From assembly GCA_963736795.1 (NCBI GenBank), contig CAVTRF010000021.1, positions 149,364 through 173,363 of the forward strand: DNA of 24,000 nt. Reading direction: 5' to 3'. The notes under the pieces are model-generated. The model had not been told where the DNA came from and ran no database searches. It saw only the letters and a list, made by a program, of their open reading frames with translations. The DNA is from an uncultured delta proteobacterium (GTDB taxonomy: Bacteria; Myxococcota; Myxococcia; Myxococcales; Anaeromyxobacteraceae). The position numbers and the translations under genes were made by a program. Positions 1 to 9,317 of the stretch are shown here, one piece after another; position 1 is the stretch's first letter, and the number at the start of each line of letters is the position of its first letter.

Positions 1-1
1 G

Positions 2-511
2 GTGCTCGGGCGCGAGGACATGACGCTCGCCGACCTGGCCGTCCCCGGGACCCCCGAGATCCACTTCGAGCCCGAGGAGCGCCCGCTCCTCGTCGTCCCC
101 GGGCGGCTCGCCGTCGGCGAGGGGAAGCCGGACGAGCTGAACCGCGGGCGCATGCGCGTGAACGTCGCCTTCACGCTCCCGCCGGGCGCGTACGCGACGC
201 TCGTCGTGAAGCGGCTCTTCCACTGGACGCTCGAGCCCGGGATGGCGAAGCGCCGCGCCGCCGACGGCGGCCCCCGCGCCCGCGGGCGGGCGTCGGGCCT
301 CGCCGCAGCGGCGGCCGCTCCGCGCGAGATCGCGCCGGGGACGAGCCTGCCCCAGGGCGACATGCCGGTCCTCCCGCCCGCGCCGGCGGCCGCGCCCCCC
401 GCGCCCCAGGAGCCGCGCGGGTTTCTCGCGCGAAAGCGCGCCGAGAAGGAGGCGCGGAAGGTCCGGCGCGAGGCCGCCAAGCCCGGCCGCAAGAACGCGC
501 CCCGTTCGTGA
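2..511 (+). CDS. truD: C-terminal fragment of tRNA pseudouridine synthase D (TruD-like), truncated by the window start, with an Ala/Pro-rich then basic C-terminal tail
   Basis: The segment NRGRMRVNVAFTLPPGAYATLVVKRLF resembles the conserved C-terminal TruD motif (FTLPPGSYATxxLREL). The ORF is open to the left edge. Confidence 0.72.
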   Translation: MLGREDMTLADLAVPGTPEIHFEPEERPLLVVPGRLAVGEGKPDELNRGRMRVNVAFTLPPGAYATLVVKRLFHWTLEPGMAKRRAADGGPRARGRASGLAAAAAAPREIAPGTSLPQGDMPVLPPAPAAAPPAPQEPRGFLARKRAEKEARKVRREAAKPGRKNAPRS

Positions 512-544
512 CTTCTTACTAAGCGTCACATTCCGCCGTACTCT

Positions 545-576
545 GGAGGCCCGCGCGGCTGACCCGCGCGGCCTCC
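545..576 (+). terminator. Strong GC-rich hairpin after the truD-like gene; possible terminator without a U-tract
   Basis: GGAGGCC(C)GCGCGG - CTGAC - CCGCGCGGCCTCC: 13 bp stem with one bulged C and a 5-nt loop, between stop codon 511 and ATG 587. Confidence 0.5.
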
Positions 577-586
577 GGGGGCCGGA

Positions 587-2497
587 ATGACCTACGCAGC
601 GAGCATCGCCCTGATGTCCTCGGGGATCGCCTGCTACGTGGCCGCGCTGAGCGTGCAGTTCTCGCGCGCTCCGGGCTGGCGCGATCAGCGCTACTTCTCG
701 CTCGCGGCGTTCGCCGCCGCGGCGTTCGCGGCGCTGAACGTGCCGACGGTCGCGCCGGTCCTCTCGGACGGGGCGGTCGTGCTCACGACGCGCATCCAGC
801 TCGCCCTCGTCGCGCTGCACGTCGTTCGCCTGGGTGCGCTACTCGAGCGTCCTCGTCGGCAGGCCGGGATCCCGGCTCGACCGGTACCTCGTCTGGGTCC
901 TCGCGACGATCGCAGCGGGCGCCGCGCTACCGGCCGCGTACTACACCGGGGCGGTCCGGCTGGACGTGATCGAGCGCCTCGCCTACTCGTGCCGCACCGC
1001 GATCACCACGCCGCTCGGCGACGCGGCGTACGTCGTCGCGCTCTCGCTCGTCCTGGTGCCGACCGCGCGGTTCGCCCGGGCGTGGCGCCAGGGGATCGCG
1101 AACGCCGGGGTGCAGTTCCTCACGCTCGCGTTCCTGATCGTGCTCGCCGTGAACGACCTCCTCGTCATGGCCGGCGTGTACCGGAGCCCGTACCTCTCCG
1201 ATGTCGCCTTCCTCCTGCCGATCGCGGCGGTCGGGTACGTGCTCACCACCCGCTTCGTCGAGGACTCACGCGCTCACGAGGCCCTGCGGCGCGATCTCGA
1301 GCACCAGGTGGCGGAGCGGACCGCGGAGCTCGGCCAGGCGCAGGAGGCGCTGCACCGTGCCGAGAAGCTGGCGGCGCTCGGGCAGTTCGCCGCGGGCGTC
1401 GCCCACGAGGTCAACAACCCCGCGTGCGTCGTCAGCGCGAACCTCGCGTACATCGAGCAGATGGAGGGCGACGTGCTCACGTCCGAGGGCCGAGACGCGC
1501 TCAAGGAGTCGCTCCAGTCGATGCAGCGGATCGCCGCGATCGTGCGGCAGCTCCTCGACGCGGGGCGGCTCGCGGCGTCGCCGCACGAGCGGAAGGCCAT
1601 CCCGCTGCGGCCCCTCGTGGACGGCGCCGATCTCCGCGGTCCGCGCCCGCTTCGGCAAGCGCGTGCGGACGACGAACCTCGTCCCGGAGGGCGTCCACGC
1701 GTTCGGCCACGAGGGCGTGCTCGCCCAGGTCCTGGTGAACCTCGTCGCGAATGCGGTGCAGGCCGTCCCGGACCACCGGTCGGACGGGAACGTCTCGAAT
1801 CCGCGCCGAGGCGAGCGCCGGCCGTCGCGTCACCCTCGTCGTGGAGGACAACGGCGAGGGCATGGAGCCCGAGGTCCTGCGCCGCGTGTTCGAGCCGTTC
1901 TTCACCACGAAGCCGTTCGGCATCGGCACGGGGCTCGGGCTCGCGGTATCACGTGGCCTCGTCCTGAGCCTCGACGGCGACCTTCGCCTCGAGAGCACTC
2001 CCCGCGTCGGCACGCGGGCGTTCGTGGGGCTGGCGCTCGCCAGGCGCCCCACGCCGGCGCCGGGGCGGCGTGAGGTGGCGCGGCGCTCCACCGAGCGGCA
2101 GGACCGGATCCTCATCGTCGACGACGAGGCCCCCGTCCTCACGTCGATCCGCCGGGTCCTCGAGCCGCAGTACCGGGTCGCGCTCGCGTCCGGCGTGGAG
2201 GAGGGGCTCTCGCGCATCGACCAGGCGACCTTCGACCTCGTGCTCTGCGACGTGATGATGCCGGGCGGGGGCGCCGAGCGGCTCTACCGGACCCTGCTCG
2301 GCCGCGCCCCCGCCGTGGCGCAGCGCCTCATCTTCTTCACCGGCGGCGCCGTGACCGATCAGGCGCGCGAGTTCCTCGGAAGCCAGCCGCAGCCCGTGCT
2401 CTACAAGCCGCTCGATCTCGAGCAGTTCGCGCGGATCGCCGAGCGGATGTGCGGTGGCGCTCGTGGCGGCGTCCCCGGCCGAGAAACGCTGACCTGA
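587..2497 (+). CDS. Membrane hybrid histidine kinase with C-terminal receiver domain; reading frame broken by three apparent +1 shifts
   Basis: Hydrophobic N-terminal region; H-box GQFAAGVAHEVNNPACVVSANLAYIEQM; N-box LVNLVANAVQAV; G-boxes VVEDNGEGM...FEPFFTTKPFGIGTGLGLAVSRGLV; receiver RILIVDDEAPVLTSIRRVL...LVLCDVMMPGG...FFTGGA...LYKPLD. The homology moves from frame 2 to 3 to 1 to 2 near 825, 1630 and 1800. Confidence 0.85.
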
Positions 2498-2650
2498 CGT
2501 CCCGCCGCCCCGCGCGAGCGGCGAGCCTCGCTCCGCATTCGCGGGGTCGCGCCCCGCTTGCTGGACCGCGCAGGCGATCCGAGCCCCGCTCACACCGCCA
2601 GCGAAGCTGACTGGGAGTGTCAGAGGGGGTGCATAGCGTCGCTCACCGCC

Positions 2651-2666
2651 CCGATCCCGGGATCGG
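2651..2666. promoter_or_regulatory. 16-bp perfect palindrome CCGATCCCGGGATCGG upstream of the PLP enzyme gene; candidate operator
   Basis: Perfect inverted repeat with no loop, ending 29 nt before ATG 2696. Confidence 0.35.
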
Positions 2667-2695
2667 CTCCGCCGCCCCCGCGGCGAGGAGGACGC

Positions 2696-3916
2696 ATGGA
2701 CCTGTTCGAGAAGTGCTCGCACCTCCATCCCGTCGTCGAGCTGATGAATGGAGGGTTCCGCGCCTATTACCGCGTGCTCGAGTCCGCGCCCGACGCCGAG
2801 GTGATGGTCGAGGGGCGTCGGATGGTCATGCTCGGCTCCAACAACTACCTCGGGCTCGCGAACGATCCGCGCGTGAAGCGCGCGGCGATCGAGGCGGTCG
2901 AGGCGTTTGGCACCGGGACCACCGGGGCCCGCGTCCTCAACGGAACGCTCGAGCTGCACACGGAGGTCGAGCGGAGGCTCGCGCGCTTCCTCCGGCGCGA
3001 CGCGGCGATCTTCTTCACCTCCGGCTACATGGCGAACCTCGGCGTCATCTCCTCGCTCGCCGGCCGCGGGGACGTCGTCGTCGTCGATCGCGAGGCGCAC
3101 GCGTCGATCCTCGACGGGGCCAAGCTCTCCTTCGCCGAGGTGAAGCGGTTCCGGCACAACGACGTGAAGGACCTCGAGCGGGTGCTGGAGAGCGGTGGCG
3201 GGTCCGGAATGCTCGTCGCGGTGGACGGGATCTACTCGATGACGGGGGAGCTCGCGCCGCTGCCGCGCATCGTCGAGGCCTGCCGCAGGCACGGCGCCCG
3301 CCTGCTGGTCGACGACGCGCACGGGCTCGGCGTGCTCGGGCGAGACGGTCGCGGTGTCGCCGAGCACTTCGGGCTCGAGGACGAGATCGACGTGATCGTC
3401 GGGACGACGAGCAAGTCGCTCCCCGCGGTCGGCGGCTTCGCCGCGGCCCAGCAGCCCGTGATCGACTACCTGCGCCTCTCGACGACGAACCGGCCGTTCT
3501 TCTTCGCGGCGTCCGCGCCACCACCGGCGCTCGCGGCCGTCCTCGCCGCGCTCGACGTGGTCGAGCAGGAACCTTCGCTCCGCCGCAGGCTGTGGGCGAC
3601 CACGCGCCGGTTCCTTCACGCCGTCCGGGGCATGGGGTTCGACGCGGGGAACTCGCAGACGCCCATCGTCCCGATCACGGTCGGCAGCATCGAGCGCACC
3701 TTCGAGATGTGGAAGGGGCTGAACGAGGCGGGCATCTTCGTGAACGTCGTCCTGCCGCCCGCCGTCCCGGCCGGGAGCTGCCTCATCCGCATGACCGTGA
3801 CCGCCGCGCACACCGACGAGCAGATCGACCGGGTGATCGAGGCGCTGGAGCGGATCGGCGCTCGGCTCGGGCTCATCCCGGGCACCGGACGCGTGCGCGA
3901 GGAGAGATCGAGGTGA
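2696..3916 (+). CDS. PLP-dependent alpha-oxoamine synthase family protein (8-amino-7-oxononanoate synthase / serine palmitoyltransferase / 2-amino-3-ketobutyrate CoA ligase type)
   Basis: MLGSNNYLGLANDPRVKRAA, GTGTTGARVLNGTLELHTEVERRLA, LLVDDAHGLGVLGRDGRG and the PLP-Lys region IVGTTSKSLPAVGGFAA. GAGGAGG Shine-Dalgarno just before ATG 2696; the listed ORF start at 2558 is too early. Confidence 0.93.
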   Translation: MDLFEKCSHLHPVVELMNGGFRAYYRVLESAPDAEVMVEGRRMVMLGSNNYLGLANDPRVKRAAIEAVEAFGTGTTGARVLNGTLELHTEVERRLARFLRRDAAIFFTSGYMANLGVISSLAGRGDVVVVDREAHASILDGAKLSFAEVKRFRHNDVKDLERVLESGGGSGMLVAVDGIYSMTGELAPLPRIVEACRRHGARLLVDDAHGLGVLGRDGRGVAEHFGLEDEIDVIVGTTSKSLPAVGGFAAAQQPVIDYLRLSTTNRPFFFAASAPPPALAAVLAALDVVEQEPSLRRRLWATTRRFLHAVRGMGFDAGNSQTPIVPITVGSIERTFEMWKGLNEAGIFVNVVLPPAVPAGSCLIRMTVTAAHTDEQIDRVIEALERIGARLGLIPGTGRVREERSR

Positions 3917-3938
3917 AGCGGGCCGGGTGAGGCCGAGC

Positions 3939-3992
3939 GACTTGGACTTGGACTTGGACTTGGACTTGGACTTGGACTTGGACTTGGACTTG
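3939..3992. repeat. Hexanucleotide tandem array (GACTTG)x9, perfect
   Basis: Nine uninterrupted copies of GACTTG between convergent genes. Confidence 0.98.
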
Positions 3993-4027
3993 GACGATTG
4001 GACGAATCGACCAAGACCAAGACCAAG
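3977..4027. terminator. Foldback hairpin made from the array and its partial complement (ACCAAG)x3; possible bidirectional terminator
   Basis: CTTGG-A-CTTGG-A-CTTGG-A-CGATT-[GGACG]-AATCG-A-CCAAG-A-CCAAG-A-CCAAG: four 5-bp helices separated by three symmetric A.A mismatches, located between the + strand gene ending 3916 and the - strand gene ending 4044. Confidence 0.55.
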
Positions 4028-4043
4028 TTGACGTCGGTCGGCC

Positions 4044-4520
4044 TCAACTGGGCCGCGGATCGGCCCACTCCCAGAGCGCCGCGCGATCGTCGGCGAGCGC
4101 CTGCAGCAGCGCGGCGACCACCACGACGTCCACCTCCGGCGGCACGTCGAGCGCGACGAGCTTCGGCCGCAGCACCTCGTGCGTGCAGCCGAGCTCGAGC
4201 AGCCGTTCGAGGAGTCCCTGAACCGCGGCGTCCGCGACCTCCACCGCGGGGTCGAGGGCCATCCGCAGCGTCCGGTGGCCGCCCTTCTCGATCACGTCCT
4301 CGAGCCGGGGCGCCTCCTCGCCGGCAACCTCGACCGCGTGCACCACGTCGTCGCGCGAGACGCCGTACGCGAAGAACGGGCAGCTCTCGATCCGGTAGCG
4401 GCCGCTGCCGAGCGACTCCGCCCAGAGCCAGTCGTCGGGAGGCGTGCCCGAGCGCGGCCCCGACTCGAGCGGGACGCGGATCCGGACGAGCGCCTCTGCG
4501 GTCTCCTGCTCGGTGGCCAT
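4044..4520 (-). CDS. DUF4265-like protein
   Basis: 158 aa ORF with ESLGSGRYRIESCPFFAYGVSRDDVVHAVE and a GGHRTLRMAL segment, as recalled for DUF4265 proteins. ATG start. Confidence 0.65.
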   Translation of the reverse strand: MATEQETAEALVRIRVPLESGPRSGTPPDDWLWAESLGSGRYRIESCPFFAYGVSRDDVVHAVEVAGEEAPRLEDVIEKGGHRTLRMALDPAVEVADAAVQGLLERLLELGCTHEVLRPKLVALDVPPEVDVVVVAALLQALADDRAALWEWADPRPS

Positions 4521-4637
4521 CGGGGTTCCCCTCGCCGTGAATCTACCCGGGACCGCGCCCGACCGCGACGGCTCCGGAGAGGCGCTCCCGCGGAGCCCGC
4601 CCGGGTGCGCGCACGCGCGCGAGCTACCCTCGCGGGG

Positions 4638-5417
4638 TCACCGCATCTGGGTGAGGCGCGCCGCGATGGCGTCCGCGAGATCGGCCCCGGTGTACCGCGC
4701 CGGCTCGACCTCCGGTGTGAGCCCGGCCGCGCGGAGCGCCTCCGAGGTCGTCGGCCCGATGGCGGCCAGCACGACGTCTCGCAGGAGAGCGGCACGCTCG
4801 CCGAGCCCGCCGACGACCGCCTTCACCGCGGACGGCGAGGCAAACGCGACGGCGGACACCTCCCCCGCCTCGAGCCAGGCCGCGAGCGGCCGGATCGCCT
4901 CTGCCGGCGCGGCGAGCGTGCGGTAGGCCTCGACGGCGACCACCTCGGCACCCGCCGCGACGAGGCCGTCGAGGAGCTCGGGCCGTCCCTCCGCCGGGCG
5001 CGGCAGGAGGACGCGGCGGCCGCGGACCCGCGCCGCGAGCGCGGCCGCCATCGCCGCCCCCTTCGACTCGGCGGGGACGAGGTCGGGCTCGCGGACGGTG
5101 CGGGCGAGCCGCTCCGCGGTGGCGGGTCCGACCGCGGCCAGCGAGAGCCGCGCGAGCGCCGCCGCCGGCAGGCCGAGCGCGGCGAGCCGCTCCACCGTTC
5201 GCTCGACCGCGGTCGCGCTCGCGAACACGGCCCAGTCGAAGCGGGCGAGGTCGCGAAGGGCCGCGTCGAGCGGCGCCGGGTCGGACGGCGGCGCGAACGC
5301 GATGGAGGGGATCTCGCGGACCTCGGCGCCGAGGTCGCGCAGCCGCGCCGCGAGCGCGTCCTCGCCGGCCCGGCTGCGGGTGACGACGACGGTCCGGCGG
5401 TCGAGGCGCGGCACCGG
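4638..5417 (-). CDS. hemD: Uroporphyrinogen-III synthase
   Basis: VVVTRSRAGEDALAARLRDLGAEVREIPSIAFAPP...FDWAVFASATAVERTVERL...AAVGPATAERL...AVAFASPSAVKAVVGGL...AAIGPTTSEALRAAG. Directly follows hemC. Likely GTG start at 5417, overlapping the hemC 3' end; CTG 5432 is an alternative. Confidence 0.88.
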   Translation of the reverse strand, partial: PVPRLDRRTVVVTRSRAGEDALAARLRDLGAEVREIPSIAFAPPSDPAPLDAALRDLARFDWAVFASATAVERTVERLAALGLPAAALARLSLAAVGPATAERLARTVREPDLVPAESKGAAMAAALAARVRGRRVLLPRPAEGRPELLDGLVAAGAEVVAVEAYRTLAAPAEAIRPLAAWLEAGEVSAVAFASPSAVKAVVGGLGERAALLRDVVLAAIGPTTSEALRAAGLTPEVEPARYTGADLADAIAARLTQMR

Positions 5418-5428
5418 GGAGCCCTGGA

Positions 5429-6376
5429 TCAGCTCCGCTTCGGCGCGGCGAGGCCGGGGGCCTTCCCCTCGCACGCGCGCAGGATCTCGCCCGCGCCCTT
5501 CGAGAGCAGCTCCTCGGCGAGCGCCTCCCCCATGGCGCGCGCCCCGGCGAGCGGAGCGCGCCGCTCCCCGCGGATGACCTGCAGGCCGTCGAGCGACGCG
5601 ACGAGCGCGCGGAGGATGACGTCCGGGCCCTCGACGCGGGCGTGGCCGGCGATCGGAACCTGGCACCCGCCCTCGATGCGGGCGAGGAACCCGCGCTCCG
5701 CCTCGGTGCGCACGCGGGTCTCGGGGTGCTCGAGCGCGGCGAGCCGCTTCAGGGTCGCCGGGTCGTCCGCGCGCGCCTCGAGCGCGAGCGCGCCCTGCGC
5801 GACCGCCGGCAGCATCTCGTCGACCGAGAGGACGTGGGTCGCGTGCTCGGCGAGCCCGAGGCGGCGCAGGCCGGCGTAGGCGAGGACCACCGCGTCGAGC
5901 CCCTCGGACGCCTTGCGGAGCCGGGTCTCGACGTTGCCGCGCACCATGTGGAGCTCGAGGTCGGGGCGGAGCGCCTTGAGCTGCGCGCCGCGGCGGAGCG
6001 AGGAGGTACCGACCTTCGCGCCCTTCGGGAGCCGGTCGAGGGTCTTCCAGCGCGGGGAGCAGAGCGCGTCGCGCGGGTCCTCCCGCTCGGGCACCGCCCC
6101 GATGACGAGGCCGGGCGCGAGCAGGGCGGGCAGGTCCTTCATCGAGTGGACGGCGATCTCGGCGTCGCGCGCGAGGAGCGCGTCCTCGATCTCCTTCACG
6201 AACAGCCCCTTGCCGCCGACGTCGGCGAGCGGGACGTCGAGGATCTTGTCACCCCGGGTCACGAGCTCGTGCAGGCGCACGTCGAGCCCCGGCTCGCCGT
6301 CGCGGAGCAGGGAGGCGACGTGGTTCGCCTGCCACTTGGCGAGCGGGCTGCGGCGGGTCGCGATGCGGATCGTCAT
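5429..6376 (-). CDS. hemC: Hydroxymethylbilane synthase (porphobilinogen deaminase)
   Basis: IRIATRRSPLAKWQANHVASLL, FVKEIEDALLARDAEIAVHSMKDLPA, KVGTSSLRRGAQL, VRGNVETRLRK, QGALALEAR, GGCQVPIAGHA. Confidence 0.97.
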   Translation of the reverse strand: MTIRIATRRSPLAKWQANHVASLLRDGEPGLDVRLHELVTRGDKILDVPLADVGGKGLFVKEIEDALLARDAEIAVHSMKDLPALLAPGLVIGAVPEREDPRDALCSPRWKTLDRLPKGAKVGTSSLRRGAQLKALRPDLELHMVRGNVETRLRKASEGLDAVVLAYAGLRRLGLAEHATHVLSVDEMLPAVAQGALALEARADDPATLKRLAALEHPETRVRTEAERGFLARIEGGCQVPIAGHARVEGPDVILRALVASLDGLQVIRGERRAPLAGARAMGEALAEELLSKGAGEILRACEGKAPGLAAPKRS

Positions 6377-6402
6377 GTGCGTTCGAAGCCTTTCGGGAAG
6401 CT

Positions 6403-7767
6403 CTAGGTGCGCTCGGAGGAGGCGACGGCGTGCGGCGCGCCGCCGGGATCTGCGCCGTGGGACGGCTCGGCGCCTTGCGGCCGGGCGCGCGCGTCGCGCT
6501 CCGGGGTCCGCGTCTCGCCGTTCTCGAGGCCGAACAGCTCGGCGGCTGCGCCGGCGAGGGCGCCGTCACCGGACGAGGCGGCCTCCTTGAGGCGCGCGGT
6601 CGGCCCGTGCAGGAGCTTGTTCACGATGGCCTGCGCCATCGCCTCGACGGACCGGCGCCCCTTCTCGTCGAGCTTGGCGCCGACCTGGGACAGCGTCCGC
6701 TCGGCCTCGGCGCGGGCGATCGCCTCGGCGCGGCTGCGAAGCTGGGCGAGCACCGGCAGCGCGGCGCGGGTCTCCCGCTCGCGGGCGAAGGCGAGGACCT
6801 CGACCTCGACGATCGCCTCCGCGCGGAGCCCCTCGCCGCGGCGCGCCTCGTGCGTCGACTCGACGACCTTCGCGAGGTCGTCCACGTCATAGGCGAAGAC
6901 GTCGCCGAGGTTGCCGCAGGCTGGGTCGACGTTGCGCGGGACCGCGAGGTCGATGAGGCAGATGGAGCGGTGACGCCGCGCCTTCATGGCCTTCTCGAGC
7001 ATCTCGCGGGTGAGCACGTAGGTCGGCGCGCCGGTCGAGACGATGACGACGTCCGCCTCGGCGAGCAGGTGCTGCAGCTCCTCCCAGCTCCGGAAGTTCC
7101 CGTTCACCTGCTCCGCGAGGGCGAGGCCCCGCTCGGGCGAGCGGTTCGTCACGAGGATGCGGTCGGCGCCGAGCACCGCGAGCGCCTTGGCCGAGAGCGC
7201 GCCCATCTTGCCGGCGCCCGCGAGCAGGATCGAGCGACCCTTCAGATCGCCGAAGATCTTCTCGACGAGCTCGACCGCGACCTGGGACATCGACGTCGCG
7301 CCGCGCCCGATGTCCGTCTCGGTGCGGACCCGCTTCGCGGTCGCGAAGGCCCGGTTGCACAGGCGCGAGAAGAACGAGCCGGCCGCCTGCGCCGCGCTCG
7401 CGAGGCCGTAGGCCTCCTTCACCTGGCCGAGGATCTGCTGCTCCCCGACGACCATCGAGTCGAGGCTCGCCGAGACGCGGAAGAGGTGGCGGATCGCCTC
7501 CACGCCGGTCTTCACGTACAGGTGATCGGCCGCCTCCGGGGATCGCGCCGTGAAGAACCGGCGCGCCGCCTCGTCCGTGCTGGCCTGGACGTAGACCTCG
7601 ACGCGGTTGCAGGTCGAGATGACGAGCGCCTCGCGGACGCCCGCCCCTGCGCGCAGCTCGACGAGCGCTCCCTTGAGCGCGTCTCCGGAGAGCGCGACCC
7701 GCTCGCGGACGTCGATGGGCGCGCTCTTGTGCGAGAGCCCGACGAGGTAGACGTCCCGGACGCTCAC
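6403..7767 (-). CDS. hemA: Glutamyl-tRNA reductase
   Basis: [86 protein letters not shown] start at 7767 overlaps the stop codon of the upstream gene (GTGA). Confidence 0.96.
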   Translation of the reverse strand: MSVRDVYLVGLSHKSAPIDVRERVALSGDALKGALVELRAGAGVREALVISTCNRVEVYVQASTDEAARRFFTARSPEAADHLYVKTGVEAIRHLFRVSASLDSMVVGEQQILGQVKEAYGLASAAQAAGSFFSRLCNRAFATAKRVRTETDIGRGATSMSQVAVELVEKIFGDLKGRSILLAGAGKMGALSAKALAVLGADRILVTNRSPERGLALAEQVNGNFRSWEELQHLLAEADVVIVSTGAPTYVLTREMLEKAMKARRHRSICLIDLAVPRNVDPACGNLGDVFAYDVDDLAKVVESTHEARRGEGLRAEAIVEVEVLAFARERETRAALPVLAQLRSRAEAIARAEAERTLSQVGAKLDEKGRRSVEAMAQAIVNKLLHGPTARLKEAASSGDGALAGAAAELFGLENGETRTPERDARARPQGAEPSHGADPGGAPHAVASSERT

Positions 7768-8621
7768 TGGGCGCTCCCCGCCGGCGCCGTGGCGGTCCCG
7801 TAGTCGCCGGTGTGGCGCGTGATGCCGGGCACGGACTTCAGCGTCACCATCGACCCGAGCACGAGCACGAACCCGACCAGGGTGAGGAGCGCGTAGCGCC
7901 GGCCGTGCCAGCCGCTGTGGCGCAGCTGGACGAGGCCGCCGTAGAGGAGCCACACCGACGTCGAGACGATCTGCTGCGCGTCCCAGGTCCACGCGCTCTT
8001 CCAGACGGTCGTCGCGGTGATCGTCCCGGCGACGAGCGCGACCGAGTAGACGACGAAGCCGGCGCGGACGAGCCGCTGCACCATCCGGTCGAGCGCGTCG
8101 AGCGACGGCAGCCGCGAGAAGAGCGCGCCGAACTTCTTCCCCTTCACCTCGCGCTCCTGCAGGAGGTACATGAGCGCGGCGCCGAACGCGATGCCGAAGA
8201 GCGCGACCCCCAGGCCCGCCGCGATGATGTGGAGGGTGAGCGTCGGGTGGCGGATCGCGTCCGGCGGAAGCTCCGGGTGCCCCGGCGTCCCGAACAGCGC
8301 CGGCAGGAGCGTCACGAGCAGGAGCGGCGTGACGAACGCGCCCAGCGTCGGCAAGCGGTAGAAGCGCTGCAGGAGCAGGTACGCGCCGGCGGCGAGCCAG
8401 ACCATCAGGATGACGCCGCCGCGGACGCTGAAGAACTCGGCGCCGCCGAACTCGCTGCAGCCGACGCCGATCGCGACCGCGTGCACGACGAACGCGCCGG
8501 AGAGCAGCGCCGCGCCCCCCGTCGCGAGCCCCGCGTGCCGCGGCCGGGCGAAGTAGACGATGTACGCCGCGGTGGCGACCGCGTAGAGCGCGGCGGCGAT
8601 GCGGAGGATGATGACGCTCAT
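7764..8621 (-). CDS. CcsA/HemX-like cytochrome c assembly family membrane protein
   Basis: Eight or so hydrophobic helices, [21 protein letters not shown] (WxWD-like motif), ITRHTGDYG end. Position immediately upstream of hemA fits either a CcsA or a HemX role. Confidence 0.82.
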   Translation of the reverse strand: MSVIILRIAAALYAVATAAYIVYFARPRHAGLATGGAALLSGAFVVHAVAIGVGCSEFGGAEFFSVRGGVILMVWLAAGAYLLLQRFYRLPTLGAFVTPLLLVTLLPALFGTPGHPELPPDAIRHPTLTLHIIAAGLGVALFGIAFGAALMYLLQEREVKGKKFGALFSRLPSLDALDRMVQRLVRAGFVVYSVALVAGTITATTVWKSAWTWDAQQIVSTSVWLLYGGLVQLRHSGWHGRRYALLTLVGFVLVLGSMVTLKSVPGITRHTGDYGTATAPAGSAQ

Positions 8622-8703
8622 GGCTGGTGGCTTCGTGCGGTGCGCGCCGGGCGGTCGAGCGGGCGCGGCTCCGAAGTCCCTTCGTGGTGGCGGGTGCGTT
8701 CGT

Positions 8704-9204
8704 TCAACTGAGCTTCCCCAGGAGGAAACGGGCGAGATCCTCGGCTTCCTTCCGCTTCTCCTCGAGCTCCTTCGGCATCGGGCCGCCGAGCGGGCGCGAG
8801 CGGGCGGCCGTGTCCTTCGCCGCCGGCACCGGCGGAGCGGGCGCCGGCTGGGCCGGTCGCTGCAACGCCGCCGGCTTGGCCGTCGCGGCCGCCTGCAGGG
8901 CCGCCGCCTCGGCGAGGAAGCCCGCCTGCACCTCGTAGGCGAGGTCTCCCAGGATGCAGGAGTCCTCGGCGGGGTCCGCCCCGAGCTCCTTCAGGTGGGC
9001 GACGGTCTTCACCTTGTGGAGGAGGCCGTTCGGATCCTTCTCCTCCCCGAGCACCTTCATGAAGCGGACCGCCGGCTCGAGGGCGTAGCTCCGCCCGCTG
9101 CCCTCCCCGGCGAGGAGGGTCATCACGTTTCCGACGAAGTCGATCTTCCCCTGCTCCGCCCAGGAGTCGAGCATCGCCTGGGATACGAAGAGCAGCCCGG
9201 ACAT
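8704..9204 (-). CDS. Conserved-looking hypothetical protein of 166 aa, Ala/Pro-rich centre and charged C-terminal helix
   Basis: ATG start, stop at 8704. Globular-looking N-terminal half with low-complexity only in the centre; orientation fits the neighbouring operon. Confidence 0.6.
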   Translation of the reverse strand: MSGLLFVSQAMLDSWAEQGKIDFVGNVMTLLAGEGSGRSYALEPAVRFMKVLGEEKDPNGLLHKVKTVAHLKELGADPAEDSCILGDLAYEVQAGFLAEAAALQAAATAKPAALQRPAQPAPAPPVPAAKDTAARSRPLGGPMPKELEEKRKEAEDLARFLLGKLS

Positions 9205-9244
9205 TGCGTCTCCGGCCCACCTGATACCACGCCCGCCGAGCCCC

Positions 9245-9273
9245 TTGCCAGGGTGAGACCACGCGGATAAGAG
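9245..9273 (+). promoter_or_regulatory. Possible sigma70-type promoter for trxA: TTGCCA-N17-TAAGAG
   Basis: -35 matches 5/6 and -10 matches 3/6, 44 nt upstream of the trxA ATG. Confidence 0.3.
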
Positions 9274-9317
9274 TTCCGACCATCGTCCTTTTCCCCTCCC
9301 CCGGCCAAGGAGCCGAC

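Noticed and set aside
587-2497. Programmed ribosomal frameshifting in the kinase gene
   Set aside because: Three sites with no shared slippery sequence or stimulator, and similar extra bases in two unrelated genes, make sequence error or decay more likely.
1949-3811. 620-aa minus-strand ORF opposite the kinase and PLP genes
   Set aside because: Antisense shadow ORF with no domain motifs. The opposite strand holds clear homology.
3939-3992. GACTTG array as a CRISPR array
   Set aside because: 6-bp units without spacers or cas genes; simple tandem repeat.
3616-4068. 150-aa minus-strand ORF with a SPSPSPSP stretch
   Set aside because: The repeat peptide is only translation of the GACTTG array, and the rest is antisense to the PLP enzyme gene.
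4179-5879. 566-aa plus-strand ORF over hemD/hemC
   Set aside because: Antisense shadow of hemD and hemC, Arg/Gly/Glu-rich without motifs.
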